From positions 6,974 through 70,973 of the forward strand of contig CAMJLD010000002.1 of NCBI GenBank assembly GCA_946406645.1: a DNA stretch of 64,000 bases, read 5' to 3'. Within the stretch, counting starts at the first letter, position 1; every line of letters starts with the position of its first letter. The position numbers were made by a program, and so were the translations under genes. The notes beneath the pieces were generated by a model that saw nothing but the letters and a program-made list of their open reading frames with translations, made no database searches and was not told the origin of the DNA. The DNA comes from an uncultured Candidatus Saccharibacteria bacterium (GTDB lineage: Bacteria > Patescibacteriota > Saccharimonadia > Saccharimonadales > Saccharimonadaceae). Shown one piece after another: positions 37,065 through 45,483 of the stretch.

Positions 37065-37811
37065 ATGGATGAGAAAAAGATTACAGCAATGCGCGCGGGT
37101 GGTAAGATTATGGCCCGGATTTTTGCTGAACTCAAAGATTATACAAAAGCTGGTCTAACAGGGAAAGAAGTGAGCGACTGGGTCGAGAAAAAGATTCTCG
37201 AAGCCGGTGCACAGGTTGCCTATTATGAGCCAGAGGTAGATTTTCCGGGTTCGATCTGTATTTCTGTAAACGATGAGCTAATTCATGGTACGCCGAAGGA
37301 TATTCCATTCGAGGAAGGCGACAAGGTTAGCTACGATCTCGTAATTAAGTACCAGGGTTATTATGTTGATTCGGCCTTTACGATGATTATCGGTAAGCCG
37401 ACAGCGGCGCAAAAACATCTTCTTAGTTTTACGGAGTCGTCACTCTATGAAGGCATCGAACAGGTGAAGGCCGGTGCGAAGCTTGGCGATATTGGCGCGG
37501 CAGTTGAGAAGACTCTCGAAAAAGGAAAGCTTGGCGTGATTCGCAATTATGTCGGTCACGGCATCGGTAAGAGCATGCATATGCCGCCAGAGGTGCCAAA
37601 CTATGGTAAGAAGGGGCAGGGCTACGAGTTGAAGGCTGGTGATACAATCTGTATTGAGCCAATGTCGAGCCTAGGTAAGCCGGATACGATTGTCGTCGAA
37701 GACGATGATGACGGTTGGACGGTTTGTCTCAAGGACGGCTCGCTTGGCTGTCATTTTGAACACACGATTTTGGTAACTGAAGACGGTTACGAAATTCTTA
37801 CACAAGCATAA
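37065..37811 (+). CDS. map: type I methionine aminopeptidase
   Basis: 248 aa. Metal ligands are in the conserved contexts D..V.Y.GYYVDSAFT, GHGIG, ICIEP, EHT. Confidence 0.92.
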   Translation: MDEKKITAMRAGGKIMARIFAELKDYTKAGLTGKEVSDWVEKKILEAGAQVAYYEPEVDFPGSICISVNDELIHGTPKDIPFEEGDKVSYDLVIKYQGYYVDSAFTMIIGKPTAAQKHLLSFTESSLYEGIEQVKAGAKLGDIGAAVEKTLEKGKLGVIRNYVGHGIGKSMHMPPEVPNYGKKGQGYELKAGDTICIEPMSSLGKPDTIVVEDDDDGWTVCLKDGSLGCHFEHTILVTEDGYEILTQA

Positions 37812-37833
37812 GCATATATGCTACAATTAAATC

Positions 37834-39075
37834 ATGGATGATAAAGCGCGTTTTGCGGTGGGGATTGACGTCGGTACAAATTTTGTACGGACTGTTCTTG
37901 GTACCGTCAAAGGAGAAGAGGTATCAGTAATTGGCTATGGCGAAGTGCCTTCTGAGGGCATGCGTCGTGGCATCGTAAAAGAATTAGTGCCACCGGCAAA
38001 GGCGATTGATGAATGTCTCTCGAAGGTCGAGGGCATGAGCGGCGTGAAAGTTGATAGCGCAACGATTGGCATCAACGGTACGCATATTGCGAGCACGAAA
38101 GTAGACGGCATGATTGCTGTTGGTGTCGCTGAACACGAAATTGATGAAGACGATGTAATCCGCATCGCTGACACTTCGGTCGCAGGTAAGGTCCCAGCGA
38201 ACCGTGAAACTCTAGCTTTAGTCCCATATGAATATATTCTTGATGGTCAGGGCGGCATTCATGAGCCACTTGGCATGCATGGCGCACGCCTCGAGCTAAA
38301 GGCGAATATTGTTTCTGCTTTGATTCCAGACTGCGAAAACCTTCGTAAGGTTTGCCAGAGTGTGGCAGTTGAGCCACATGGTCCATTTGAACCAAACGCG
38401 ATCGCGGCTGCTCGTGCAGTAACCAACAGCGCGCAGCGCGAAAATGGTATCGGCATTCTCGATATGGGCGGCGCAACGACGAGCCTTGCTATTTTTGACG
38501 AAGGCGAGTTGCAGTTTGTCGGTACGATCCCGCTTGGCGGCAATGATGTGACGAAAGATCTCGCCACGGTGCTCGCTACAGTGCCAGATATTGCAGAAGA
38601 GATTAAGATTCGTTTCGCTTCGCCAGTGAAGGGCGAGAATGAGAAGCCAATTATCGTGAAGCGTGGTCGTGAAGAATACCACTTCAAGCGCAAAGAAGTC
38701 GACGAAGTAGTCGAGGCGCGTCTCGAGGAGATTTTCGAGGCAGTGCGCAAGATGCTTCAGATTGCAGGTTATGATCGTCGTTTGCCAGAAGGCTTGGTGC
38801 TTTGTGGCGGTGCGGCAAAGATGCGCGGGCTTGATGTATTTGCTAGAAAGCAGGTTGAGCTTGCGGTTCGTATTGCGCAACCAGGCGGCATCATTGGTGT
38901 GAGTGAAGATATTTTGAAACCGGAATTTGCAACGGCAATTGGCCTGATGCTTGGCGATAATGAACGCAGCGGACTTGATTTCAACGCTGGCGGTCATGCT
39001 CGTAAAGAGAAGAAAAGCAAAAAGAACAAAAAAGGTGGTTTCTTCGCGCGCTTCTTCAAAGCCTTCAAAGATTAG
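37834..39075 (+). CDS. ftsA: cell division protein FtsA
   Basis: 413 aa. Actin-fold motifs (GIDVGTNFV, LDMGGATTSLAIF, LCGGAAKMRGL), a basic/amphipathic C-terminus, and position upstream of ftsZ. Confidence 0.9.
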   Translation: MDDKARFAVGIDVGTNFVRTVLGTVKGEEVSVIGYGEVPSEGMRRGIVKELVPPAKAIDECLSKVEGMSGVKVDSATIGINGTHIASTKVDGMIAVGVAEHEIDEDDVIRIADTSVAGKVPANRETLALVPYEYILDGQGGIHEPLGMHGARLELKANIVSALIPDCENLRKVCQSVAVEPHGPFEPNAIAAARAVTNSAQRENGIGILDMGGATTSLAIFDEGELQFVGTIPLGGNDVTKDLATVLATVPDIAEEIKIRFASPVKGENEKPIIVKRGREEYHFKRKEVDEVVEARLEEIFEAVRKMLQIAGYDRRLPEGLVLCGGAAKMRGLDVFARKQVELAVRIAQPGGIIGVSEDILKPEFATAIGLMLGDNERSGLDFNAGGHARKEKKSKKNKKGGFFARFFKAFKD

Positions 39076-39175
39076 CTGAAAATGCTTGAGTAATAAAATT
39101 GTTTTTGATACTAGACTAGTTTTTGTAGCGGTGTTATACTTGGGGTAAGTATTTTTGAAAACGTGGAGGATAGAA

Positions 39176-40399
39176 ATGCCTGAAGTAAAACCGAGCGAGG
39201 TGGAGAGTATTGCTAGTATCAAAGTTATTGGTGTCGGCGGTGCCGGCGGCTCAGCCGTCAATCGCATGCGCGACGCTGGCCTAAAGGGCGTCGAGCTAGT
39301 CGCGATGAATACCGATGCTCAGGCTTTGCATTATTCAAAGGCAGACGTAAAGGTCCATCTTGGCCATGACACGACCAACGGCCTAGGTGCTGGCGCAGAC
39401 CCAAGTGTTGGCGAGAAGGCTGCTGACGAGAGCCGCGAAGATATTAAGAACGCACTTAATGGTGCCGATATGGCATTCATTACGCTTGGTGCCGGTGGCG
39501 GTACTGGTTCTGGTGCGGGCTATATTGTTGCTGAAGAGGCTCGCAAGCTCGACATTCTTACTGTCGGTGTTGTGACGAAGCCATTCTCCTTCGAAGGTCA
39601 GAAGCGCAAGGCAAACGCTGACTGGGGCATTGAGCGCCTAGCACGTAACGTCGATGCACTTATTACGATTCCTAACGATCGTCTCCTCCAGACGATTGAC
39701 CAGCGTACGCCGATTCTTGAGGCATTCAAGATTGCTGACGATGTATTACTCCAGGGTGTTCAGGGCATTTCCGAGCTTATTACCGAGCCAGGTCTCGTTA
39801 ACCTCGACTTTGCCGATGTTCGCGCAATTATGAAGGATGCAGGATCCGCCCTCATGGGTATTGGCCGCGCATCCGGCGAGAATCGCGCAGTTATCGCTGC
39901 TCAGCAGGCTATCGAATCACCACTTATCGAGGTCTCTATCGACGGCGCTCGTGGCGTCTTGCTCTCGGTTATTGGTGGCCATGATGTCTCGATGGCAGAA
40001 ATCAACGAAGCTGCTCAGCTCGTTACGGCAAGCATCAGCCCAGACGCAAATATCATCTGGGGTACCGCAATTCGCCCAGAGCTTGACGACGAGATTATTA
40101 TTACGGTTGTTGCTACGGGTTTCGATTCTCAGTATTACAGTGATGATCCACGCGCTCAGCAGGGTTATGCCGCGCCAGAGCCGGTGGCCAGTGAGCCATC
40201 TCAGGTTGCTGCTGACCCAGTTCGCACGATGCCAGTCGAAGAGCCAGCCGCTCAGGCCAATGATATCGAGCCAGAGACGCAGTCCGCTGCAGACTTTACC
40301 GGAAATGACACTGTAAATATGTGGGATCAGATTCGCAACGATGATGACGATGATGATGTCCCTGCTATCCTACGCCGCCGCAAGAAAAATAGGGATTAA
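39176..40399 (+). CDS. ftsZ: cell division protein FtsZ
   Basis: IKVIGVGGAGGSAVNRM and the tubulin signature GGGTGSGAG. Start set to ATG 39176 behind SD GGAGG. Acidic/basic C-terminal tail. Confidence 0.95.
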   Translation: MPEVKPSEVESIASIKVIGVGGAGGSAVNRMRDAGLKGVELVAMNTDAQALHYSKADVKVHLGHDTTNGLGAGADPSVGEKAADESREDIKNALNGADMAFITLGAGGGTGSGAGYIVAEEARKLDILTVGVVTKPFSFEGQKRKANADWGIERLARNVDALITIPNDRLLQTIDQRTPILEAFKIADDVLLQGVQGISELITEPGLVNLDFADVRAIMKDAGSALMGIGRASGENRAVIAAQQAIESPLIEVSIDGARGVLLSVIGGHDVSMAEINEAAQLVTASISPDANIIWGTAIRPELDDEIIITVVATGFDSQYYSDDPRAQQGYAAPEPVASEPSQVAADPVRTMPVEEPAAQANDIEPETQSAADFTGNDTVNMWDQIRNDDDDDDVPAILRRRKKNRD

Positions 40400-40413
40400 T
40401 AGAGGAGGGGGCG

Positions 40414-40884
40414 ATGAGCCATCTAAAAATTGGCGAAAGCAAAGTTATCGAGAGCCGCGAATCGCAAGACGGCACTATGATTCGTCGTCGCCGTGTTTCT
40501 CTTGACGGCAAGCATCGTTTTACCACTTATGAACGTATTGAGCGCCCAGGCATGATGGTGCGGAAGCGTTCTGGTGCGCGTGAGGCATTTGATCGCGACA
40601 AATTAATGAAGGCTGTGCGCAATTCGGTCGGTAAATATTTCAATAGCGACCTTGATGTCCAGAATGTTGTGGACCTCGTAGAAGAGAAAATCTATGATTT
40701 CGGTAAGGACGAAGTTCCGTCTGGCTTGATTGGCGAGACGATTCTCGATGTGCTTGCCGACACGAACGAAATGGCATACGTACGCTTTGCGAGCGTGTTC
40801 AAGGAATTCAAGACTTTGGATGACCTCGAACGCAGTATTGCAGAGCAGCGCGAAAGAATGAAAAAGAAAGCAGCAAAGGAGTAA
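40414..40884 (+). CDS. nrdR: NrdR-family transcriptional repressor lacking zinc-ribbon cysteines
   Basis: SKVIESRESQDGTMIRRRRVSLDGKHRFTTYERIE aligns to the NrdR N-terminus (TKVIDSR....IRRRR.C..C..RFTTFE). An ATP-cone follows (VRKRSGAREAFDRDKL...AYVRFASVFKEF). Confidence 0.8.
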   Translation: MSHLKIGESKVIESRESQDGTMIRRRRVSLDGKHRFTTYERIERPGMMVRKRSGAREAFDRDKLMKAVRNSVGKYFNSDLDVQNVVDLVEEKIYDFGKDEVPSGLIGETILDVLADTNEMAYVRFASVFKEFKTLDDLERSIAEQRERMKKKAAKE

Positions 40885-40889
40885 AATCA

Positions 40890-41153
40890 ATGCGGGTGGT
40901 AATAATTTGGCGTGATGATGCGGACTATTCTCGGCTAGTTTCCGAGTGGCTTGGCGATTTCAAGCGCAGAACTGGGCGCGAGCCAGAAAGTGTCAGTCCG
41001 GATAGCCCGGATGGCGAGAGTTTGTGCCGACTTTACGACGTTGTAGAATATCCTTCGATTCTTGCGCTCGATAATGATGGCAAGATTCTACAGATGTGGC
41101 GCGGGACGATGTTCCCAAGAATTGACGACGTCAACTACTATTTAATGCAATAA
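40890..41153 (+). CDS. hypothetical small protein, possibly thioredoxin-fold without CxxC
   Basis: 87 aa. ...LYDVVEYPSILALDNDGKILQMWRG resembles the thioredoxin-fold beta3-beta4 region. No redox CxxC. Confidence 0.45.
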   Translation: MRVVIIWRDDADYSRLVSEWLGDFKRRTGREPESVSPDSPDGESLCRLYDVVEYPSILALDNDGKILQMWRGTMFPRIDDVNYYLMQ

Positions 41154-41164
41154 AGGAGGCATAA

Positions 41165-41398
41165 ATGGCAAAAGAAGAACCAGTGCTCGGCTCAAGCGCA
41201 ACTATCGTGAAGAGCGAAGCGGAAAGAAAAGCAGAGATTAGCGGAAAGAGCGAAAAACAACTGCTCGAAGAGCTTTGCTATAATACTCGAGCCGTCAAAA
41301 TGTGGGTGATGATTATTGCGATCACGGCACTTACGACGTTCTTAATCGACTTTATCTTCCATCTCATTAACTCAATCCAGCTCACGCATTTGAAATAG
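41165..41398 (+). CDS. hypothetical small membrane protein
   Basis: 77 aa. SD AAGGAGG upstream and one C-terminal TM segment (WVMIIAITALTTFLIDFIF). Confidence 0.45.
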   Translation: MAKEEPVLGSSATIVKSEAERKAEISGKSEKQLLEELCYNTRAVKMWVMIIAITALTTFLIDFIFHLINSIQLTHLK

Positions 41399-41406
41399 GG
41401 AACATG

Positions 41407-41444
41407 AAAATATGGCGCTTTGAATAACGGCGCCATATTTTTTG
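41407..41444 (+). terminator. Rho-independent terminator
   Basis: AAAATATGGCGC-tttgaataacg-GCGCCATATTTT. Confidence 0.7.
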
Positions 41445-41483
41445 GCCAAAAATAATTATGCTTGTTGCGCATTGAATAAATGT

Positions 41484-41690
41484 GGTATAATTTTTGTATA
41501 AAAGCGTTATAGCAGCCATCAACTGCGAGCTAACGGAAGAAAGACGTGTCGTTTTAAACTGCGAGTAGACAGGTCGAGTAGAACCGTTCGTGAGTCCGCG
41601 TAAGGGATGAAATAAGGGCTGGGTCTAGTTTGATTCAGAAATTGGATGGTACCGCTCCGAGGAGTTCCAATGCAAATTGGAATTTTTTTG
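41484..41690 (+). promoter_or_regulatory. T-box riboswitch leader of ileS (with promoter TGg-TATAAT at 41484-41492)
   Basis: - T-box sequence AAATTGGATGGTACCGC at 41639-41655.
- Terminator TTCCAAT-gcaa-ATTGGAA plus T7 at 41665-41689.
- The terminator's 5' arm can alternatively pair with ATTGGA of the T-box (antiterminator).
- Candidate specifier GAA-AUA-A at 41609-41615, above the helix CAGCC (41510-41514) / GGCUG (41617-41621). Confidence 0.7.
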
Positions 41691-41714
41691 TTCAACAAGA
41701 AAGGAGAGTCGAAC

Positions 41715-44642
41715 ATGAAATATAAATATGGTGTGCGACGTCGTGCGAGCGAGTACGAAAAAGCACTAGTTGAGTTCTGGAAAAAGAACAAGACGTTCGA
41801 AAAGTCGGTCGAGAATCGCCCGATTGATAATAGCTATGTTTTTTATGATGGCCCTCCATTTATTACTGGCAGGCCTCATCACGGAACTCTCCTTTCGTCC
41901 GTCGTGAAGGATGCTGTGCCTCGTTATTGGACGATGAATGGTAAGCGCGTTGAGCGTCGTTGGGGTTGGGACTGCCACGGTTTGCCGGCAGAGAATTTCG
42001 TTGAAAAGCAGCTTGGCATTACCGATCGCCGCGATATTGGCACAAAGATTTCGCTTGAAGATTACATTATCAAGGCGCGCGAATCGATGGTCGCCAACTC
42101 TGAGACTTGGCGCGGCACGATTGATCGCATTGGCCGCTGGGTAGATTTCGATAACTGCTACCGCACCATGAATAAGGACTTCATGGAATCAGTTTGGTGG
42201 GCATTTAAGACGCTTTACGAGAAGGGCAAAATCTATGAAGGCGCAAAGGTCCTCATGTATGATACTAAGTTTGCGACCCCTGTTTCTAAGGCCGAGGTTA
42301 CGATGGATAATGACGCTTATCAGACCGTGACCGATCCGTCGGCTTACGTTAAGTTTATGATTAATGACGGCGAGCTAAAGGGCGTTTATTTGATGGCTTG
42401 GACTACTACTCCATGGACTCTTTTTGGCAATATGGCACTCGCCGTTAATAAGAAGCTGACTTATGCACTCTATCAAGATGGTGAGGGGCGCAAATTTATC
42501 GCGCTAAAGGGTAAGGCTCAGGGCGATGACTGGAAAGAGCTCGATGCTTTCAAGGGCGAGAAGCTTGTTGGCCTTAGCTATGAACCGCTATTCTTGGGTG
42601 AGACAAATACTCCGCTTGTCGAATGGCGAAAATTCACGAAGGACTATTACGAGGCTGAAGAAAAGAATGCGCATAAGGTGTACGCTGGCGATTTCGTCGG
42701 CTCCGAAGAAGGCACCGGTATTGTGCATATCGCGCCAGCTTATGGAGAGGATGACTTTTCGCTTTGCAGGAAGGAAAAGGTGCCAATTATCGATGTTCTA
42801 GACGACAATGGCTTCTATCTAGACGGCGCAGATATAGCAATGAAAGAGGCCGGCGTGCGTCCTGACGAGGATGGCAAGATTCACGCTTGGGATATGAATA
42901 AGATTATCGCCAAATGTTTTGAGGGCGATGACAAACCAATCTATAAGATTGAGTATATCCAGCACGAATACCCATTCAACCCACGCAGCAAGCAGCGCAT
43001 TATGTACCGCGCAATTCCAAGCTGGTTCTTTGATATTGAGGGTAATAAGTCTTTGATGCTCGAGAAGAACGAGGGCATTAACTGGTTCCCGGAGCACTTG
43101 AAGCATGGTCGCTTCGCAAAGAATATTGAGCAGGCGCCAGATTGGAACCTGAGTCGCGATCGCTTCTGGGCGACGGCGATGCCAGTATGGAAGGGCGATA
43201 AGGGCACGATTAAGGTGGTTGGTTCTTATGATGAGCTTTATGAATTATCCGGCAAGCGTCTTGAGGATTATCATCGCCCATGGATTGACGAGATTGAGTT
43301 CGATATCGATGGTGAGCATTTCAAGCGCGTCGATAAGGTGCTTGACTGTTGGTTCGAATCTGGTTCGATGCCGTTCGCGCAGCTCCATTATCCGTTCGAG
43401 AATAAAGAGAAATTCGAGAAGAATTACCCGGCAGATTTCATCGTGGAGTACGTCGGCCAGGTGCGTGCATGGTTCTATTATGTCCACGCGGTAAATACGG
43501 CGCTCTTTGGCGATAAGGCCTACAAGAACGTGATTACTACCGGTACGCTTGCCGGCAATGATGGGCGCAAGATGAGCAAGTCGCTCGGCAACTATACGGA
43601 TCCGAACGAGCTCATGGATAAGTATTCCGCGGATGCGCTTCGCTTCTTGATGCTTTCGAGCCCGGTGCTTGCCGGCGAAGACTTCGCCTTGATTGATAAG
43701 GATGTCTCCGATACGGCGCGCAAGCTCACAATGGTCTGGAATGTTTATGATTTCTTCACGATGTATGCTGAGGTTGATGGCTGGGGGTACGAGGGCAATA
43801 AACTCGAGGCGCCAGCTAAACTCGAGAACCCACTCGATGCTTGGATTGTCTCGCGTCTCTACCAGCTACGCGACGAGGTGACGGATGGCATGGAGAAGTA
43901 TAACCTTCCTGCTGCAACCGCCGGTATCTTACCGTTTATCGATGATCTTTCGAACTGGTTTGTACGCCGTAGTCGCCGCCGTTTCTGGAAGTCTGAATCT
44001 GGTGAAGACAAGGCTGAAGCTTATGCGACCTTGCACTTCGTGTTGAGCTATCTTGCGCTCGTGATGGCGCCATTTACGCCGTTCCTATCCGAGGAGCTCT
44101 GGCAGAATATGATGGGAGGAGAGAGCGTGCATCTCATGGATTGGCCAAAAGCAGGCAAGGTCGATGAAGACGCGCTCGCCAAGATGGCGGAATGCCGCGC
44201 CGTGATTACCGAAGGCCTCGCTCTCCGTATGGAGCGCAATGATGAGTATGGCCAAATCAAGGTGCGCCAGCCGCTTGCTAGCCTAACTTATGGCGGCGAG
44301 CAACTCGACGAGTTCTATGAACAAATTATTGCCGAGGAAGTAAACGTCAAGAAGGTTACCCACGGTAAGGAGTTGGCGCTCGATAAGAAGCTAACCGATG
44401 AGCTCCGCGAAGAAGGATTTGTTCGCGAACTTATTAGATTTGTTCAAGCTGCACGTAAAAATGCAGGGCTTAACGTCGACGACAGAATTAAGTTGTTCGT
44501 TAGCTGCAAGGTACCGGCCGCCTATGTCGACACGCTCAAGAATGAGGTCTTGGCCGTAGAGCTCGGCGAGGGCAACTATGCTCATGATGAGATTGTAAAA
44601 GTCGAAGGCGAGAATGTTACGATCAGTCTAGAAAAAGCCTAG
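41715..44642 (+). CDS. ileS: isoleucyl-tRNA synthetase
   Basis: Start set at ATG 41715 behind SD AAGGAG. HIGH-type motif PHHGTLL, KMSKS (GRKMSKSLGN), and a CP1 editing insertion. About 975 aa. Confidence 0.95.
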   Translation: MKYKYGVRRRASEYEKALVEFWKKNKTFEKSVENRPIDNSYVFYDGPPFITGRPHHGTLLSSVVKDAVPRYWTMNGKRVERRWGWDCHGLPAENFVEKQLGITDRRDIGTKISLEDYIIKARESMVANSETWRGTIDRIGRWVDFDNCYRTMNKDFMESVWWAFKTLYEKGKIYEGAKVLMYDTKFATPVSKAEVTMDNDAYQTVTDPSAYVKFMINDGELKGVYLMAWTTTPWTLFGNMALAVNKKLTYALYQDGEGRKFIALKGKAQGDDWKELDAFKGEKLVGLSYEPLFLGETNTPLVEWRKFTKDYYEAEEKNAHKVYAGDFVGSEEGTGIVHIAPAYGEDDFSLCRKEKVPIIDVLDDNGFYLDGADIAMKEAGVRPDEDGKIHAWDMNKIIAKCFEGDDKPIYKIEYIQHEYPFNPRSKQRIMYRAIPSWFFDIEGNKSLMLEKNEGINWFPEHLKHGRFAKNIEQAPDWNLSRDRFWATAMPVWKGDKGTIKVVGSYDELYELSGKRLEDYHRPWIDEIEFDIDGEHFKRVDKVLDCWFESGSMPFAQLHYPFENKEKFEKNYPADFIVEYVGQVRAWFYYVHAVNTALFGDKAYKNVITTGTLAGNDGRKMSKSLGNYTDPNELMDKYSADALRFLMLSSPVLAGEDFALIDKDVSDTARKLTMVWNVYDFFTMYAEVDGWGYEGNKLEAPAKLENPLDAWIVSRLYQLRDEVTDGMEKYNLPAATAGILPFIDDLSNWFVRRSRRRFWKSESGEDKAEAYATLHFVLSYLALVMAPFTPFLSEELWQNMMGGESVHLMDWPKAGKVDEDALAKMAECRAVITEGLALRMERNDEYGQIKVRQPLASLTYGGEQLDEFYEQIIAEEVNVKKVTHGKELALDKKLTDELREEGFVRELIRFVQAARKNAGLNVDDRIKLFVSCKVPAAYVDTLKNEVLAVELGEGNYAHDEIVKVEGENVTISLEKA

Positions 44643-44652
44643 ACCAAATAAA

Positions 44653-44755
44653 CACTTCCGAATCAAGCTTACGGAGGCTACGGCCGAGTACGAGGTAGCT
44701 GCCGCCCGTAACGACGGGCCGGCAGACTACCGTCTTGATGAGGGAGTGGTTTTTT
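44653..44755 (+). terminator. long branched hairpin plus U-run 3' of ileS (complex terminator or small structured RNA)
   Basis: Nested helices: CACTTCC/GGGAGTG, ATCAAG/CTTGAT, GGTAG/CTACC, CTGCC/GGCAG, GCCCG/CGGGC. TTTTTT follows at 44750-44755. Confidence 0.5.
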
Positions 44756-44905
44756 GGTCTTTAGCTAATTTTAGTCTGATTATGATATATTTCGGCGGCT
44801 ATTCGGAGCGGCCGTTTTGGGGAGGGGAAATATAATGTAAAAATTACAAGGGCATTTTTACCCCTGTTAGATTTGACAAACTCAAAAAATATAGCATAAG
44901 CACTA

Positions 44906-44934
44906 TTGACAAATAAGCATAAGTGTGATAAGCT
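44906..44934 (+). promoter_or_regulatory. candidate promoter of the 45037 gene
   Basis: TTGACA (44906-44911), 17-nt spacer, TGa-TAAGCT (44929-44934). Confidence 0.45.
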
Positions 44935-45036
44935 GAGGACAGTTGAGCAAGCAAAAGCACAACACAAAAACTAAAATCAAATTCCAAGGGTATCGGAAGG
45001 AGACTAGCCAAAAAACAAAGAAAGGAAAAATAAAAA

Positions 45037-45249
45037 ATGAATAAAGAATTAAACCCGATGACCTTTGAAGAAGTAGGCGACGTCGGAACCTGGGGAAGCG
45101 GTGTAGTCTCTGAAGCCGAACCCGTAGAAAAAAATCAGGCATTCGATAGTCTAGAAGCTCTTAGAAAACGATTCCTAAAGAAGCATGTAGACAAGATGCT
45201 CACTGTCGCTCAGCTATCTAGGCTAGACAGTGAAGAGATTGCGGCCTAA
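45037..45249 (+). CDS. hypothetical small protein
   Basis: 70 aa of balanced composition (MNKELNPMTFEEVGDVGTWGSG...). It has its own promoter and a downstream terminator. No family recognised. Confidence 0.45.
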   Translation: MNKELNPMTFEEVGDVGTWGSGVVSEAEPVEKNQAFDSLEALRKRFLKKHVDKMLTVAQLSRLDSEEIAA

Positions 45250-45351
45250 TAGGAAAGGAGTAAACACCGATCTAATTTAAAACCAACATAAACATCAAAT
45301 AGAAACACTAATGAAAGTGAGGCAAATATAAGATAGAGGGCTAAGCCCAGA

Positions 45352-45390
45352 AGAGAGGACTGACCGGACGCGGGTGAGTCCTCTCTTTTT
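45352..45390 (+). terminator. Rho-independent terminator
   Basis: AGAGAGGAC...GTCCTCTCT followed by TTTT. Confidence 0.6.
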
Positions 45391-45406
45391 GTCCGCTCGC
45401 GGGGCC

Positions 45407-45436
45407 TTGACAAATCTAAAGCGCTAGTGGTAAAAT
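45407..45436 (+). promoter_or_regulatory. promoter of the 45484 gene
   Basis: TTGACA (45407-45412), 18-nt spacer, TGg-TAAAAT (45431-45436). Confidence 0.55.
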
Positions 45437-45483
45437 GGAACAAAATTAGGTCAAAAATACAAACGTAAACAGGAAAAACAGAG

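Noticed and set aside
44653-44755. 4.5S/SRP RNA as the identity of the long hairpin after ileS.
   Set aside because: The length and hairpin shape fit. However, the conserved domain IV motif (GGUCC-GGAA-GGAAGCAGCC, with a GNRA tetraloop and symmetric loop) is missing, and the apical loop here is UAACGA.
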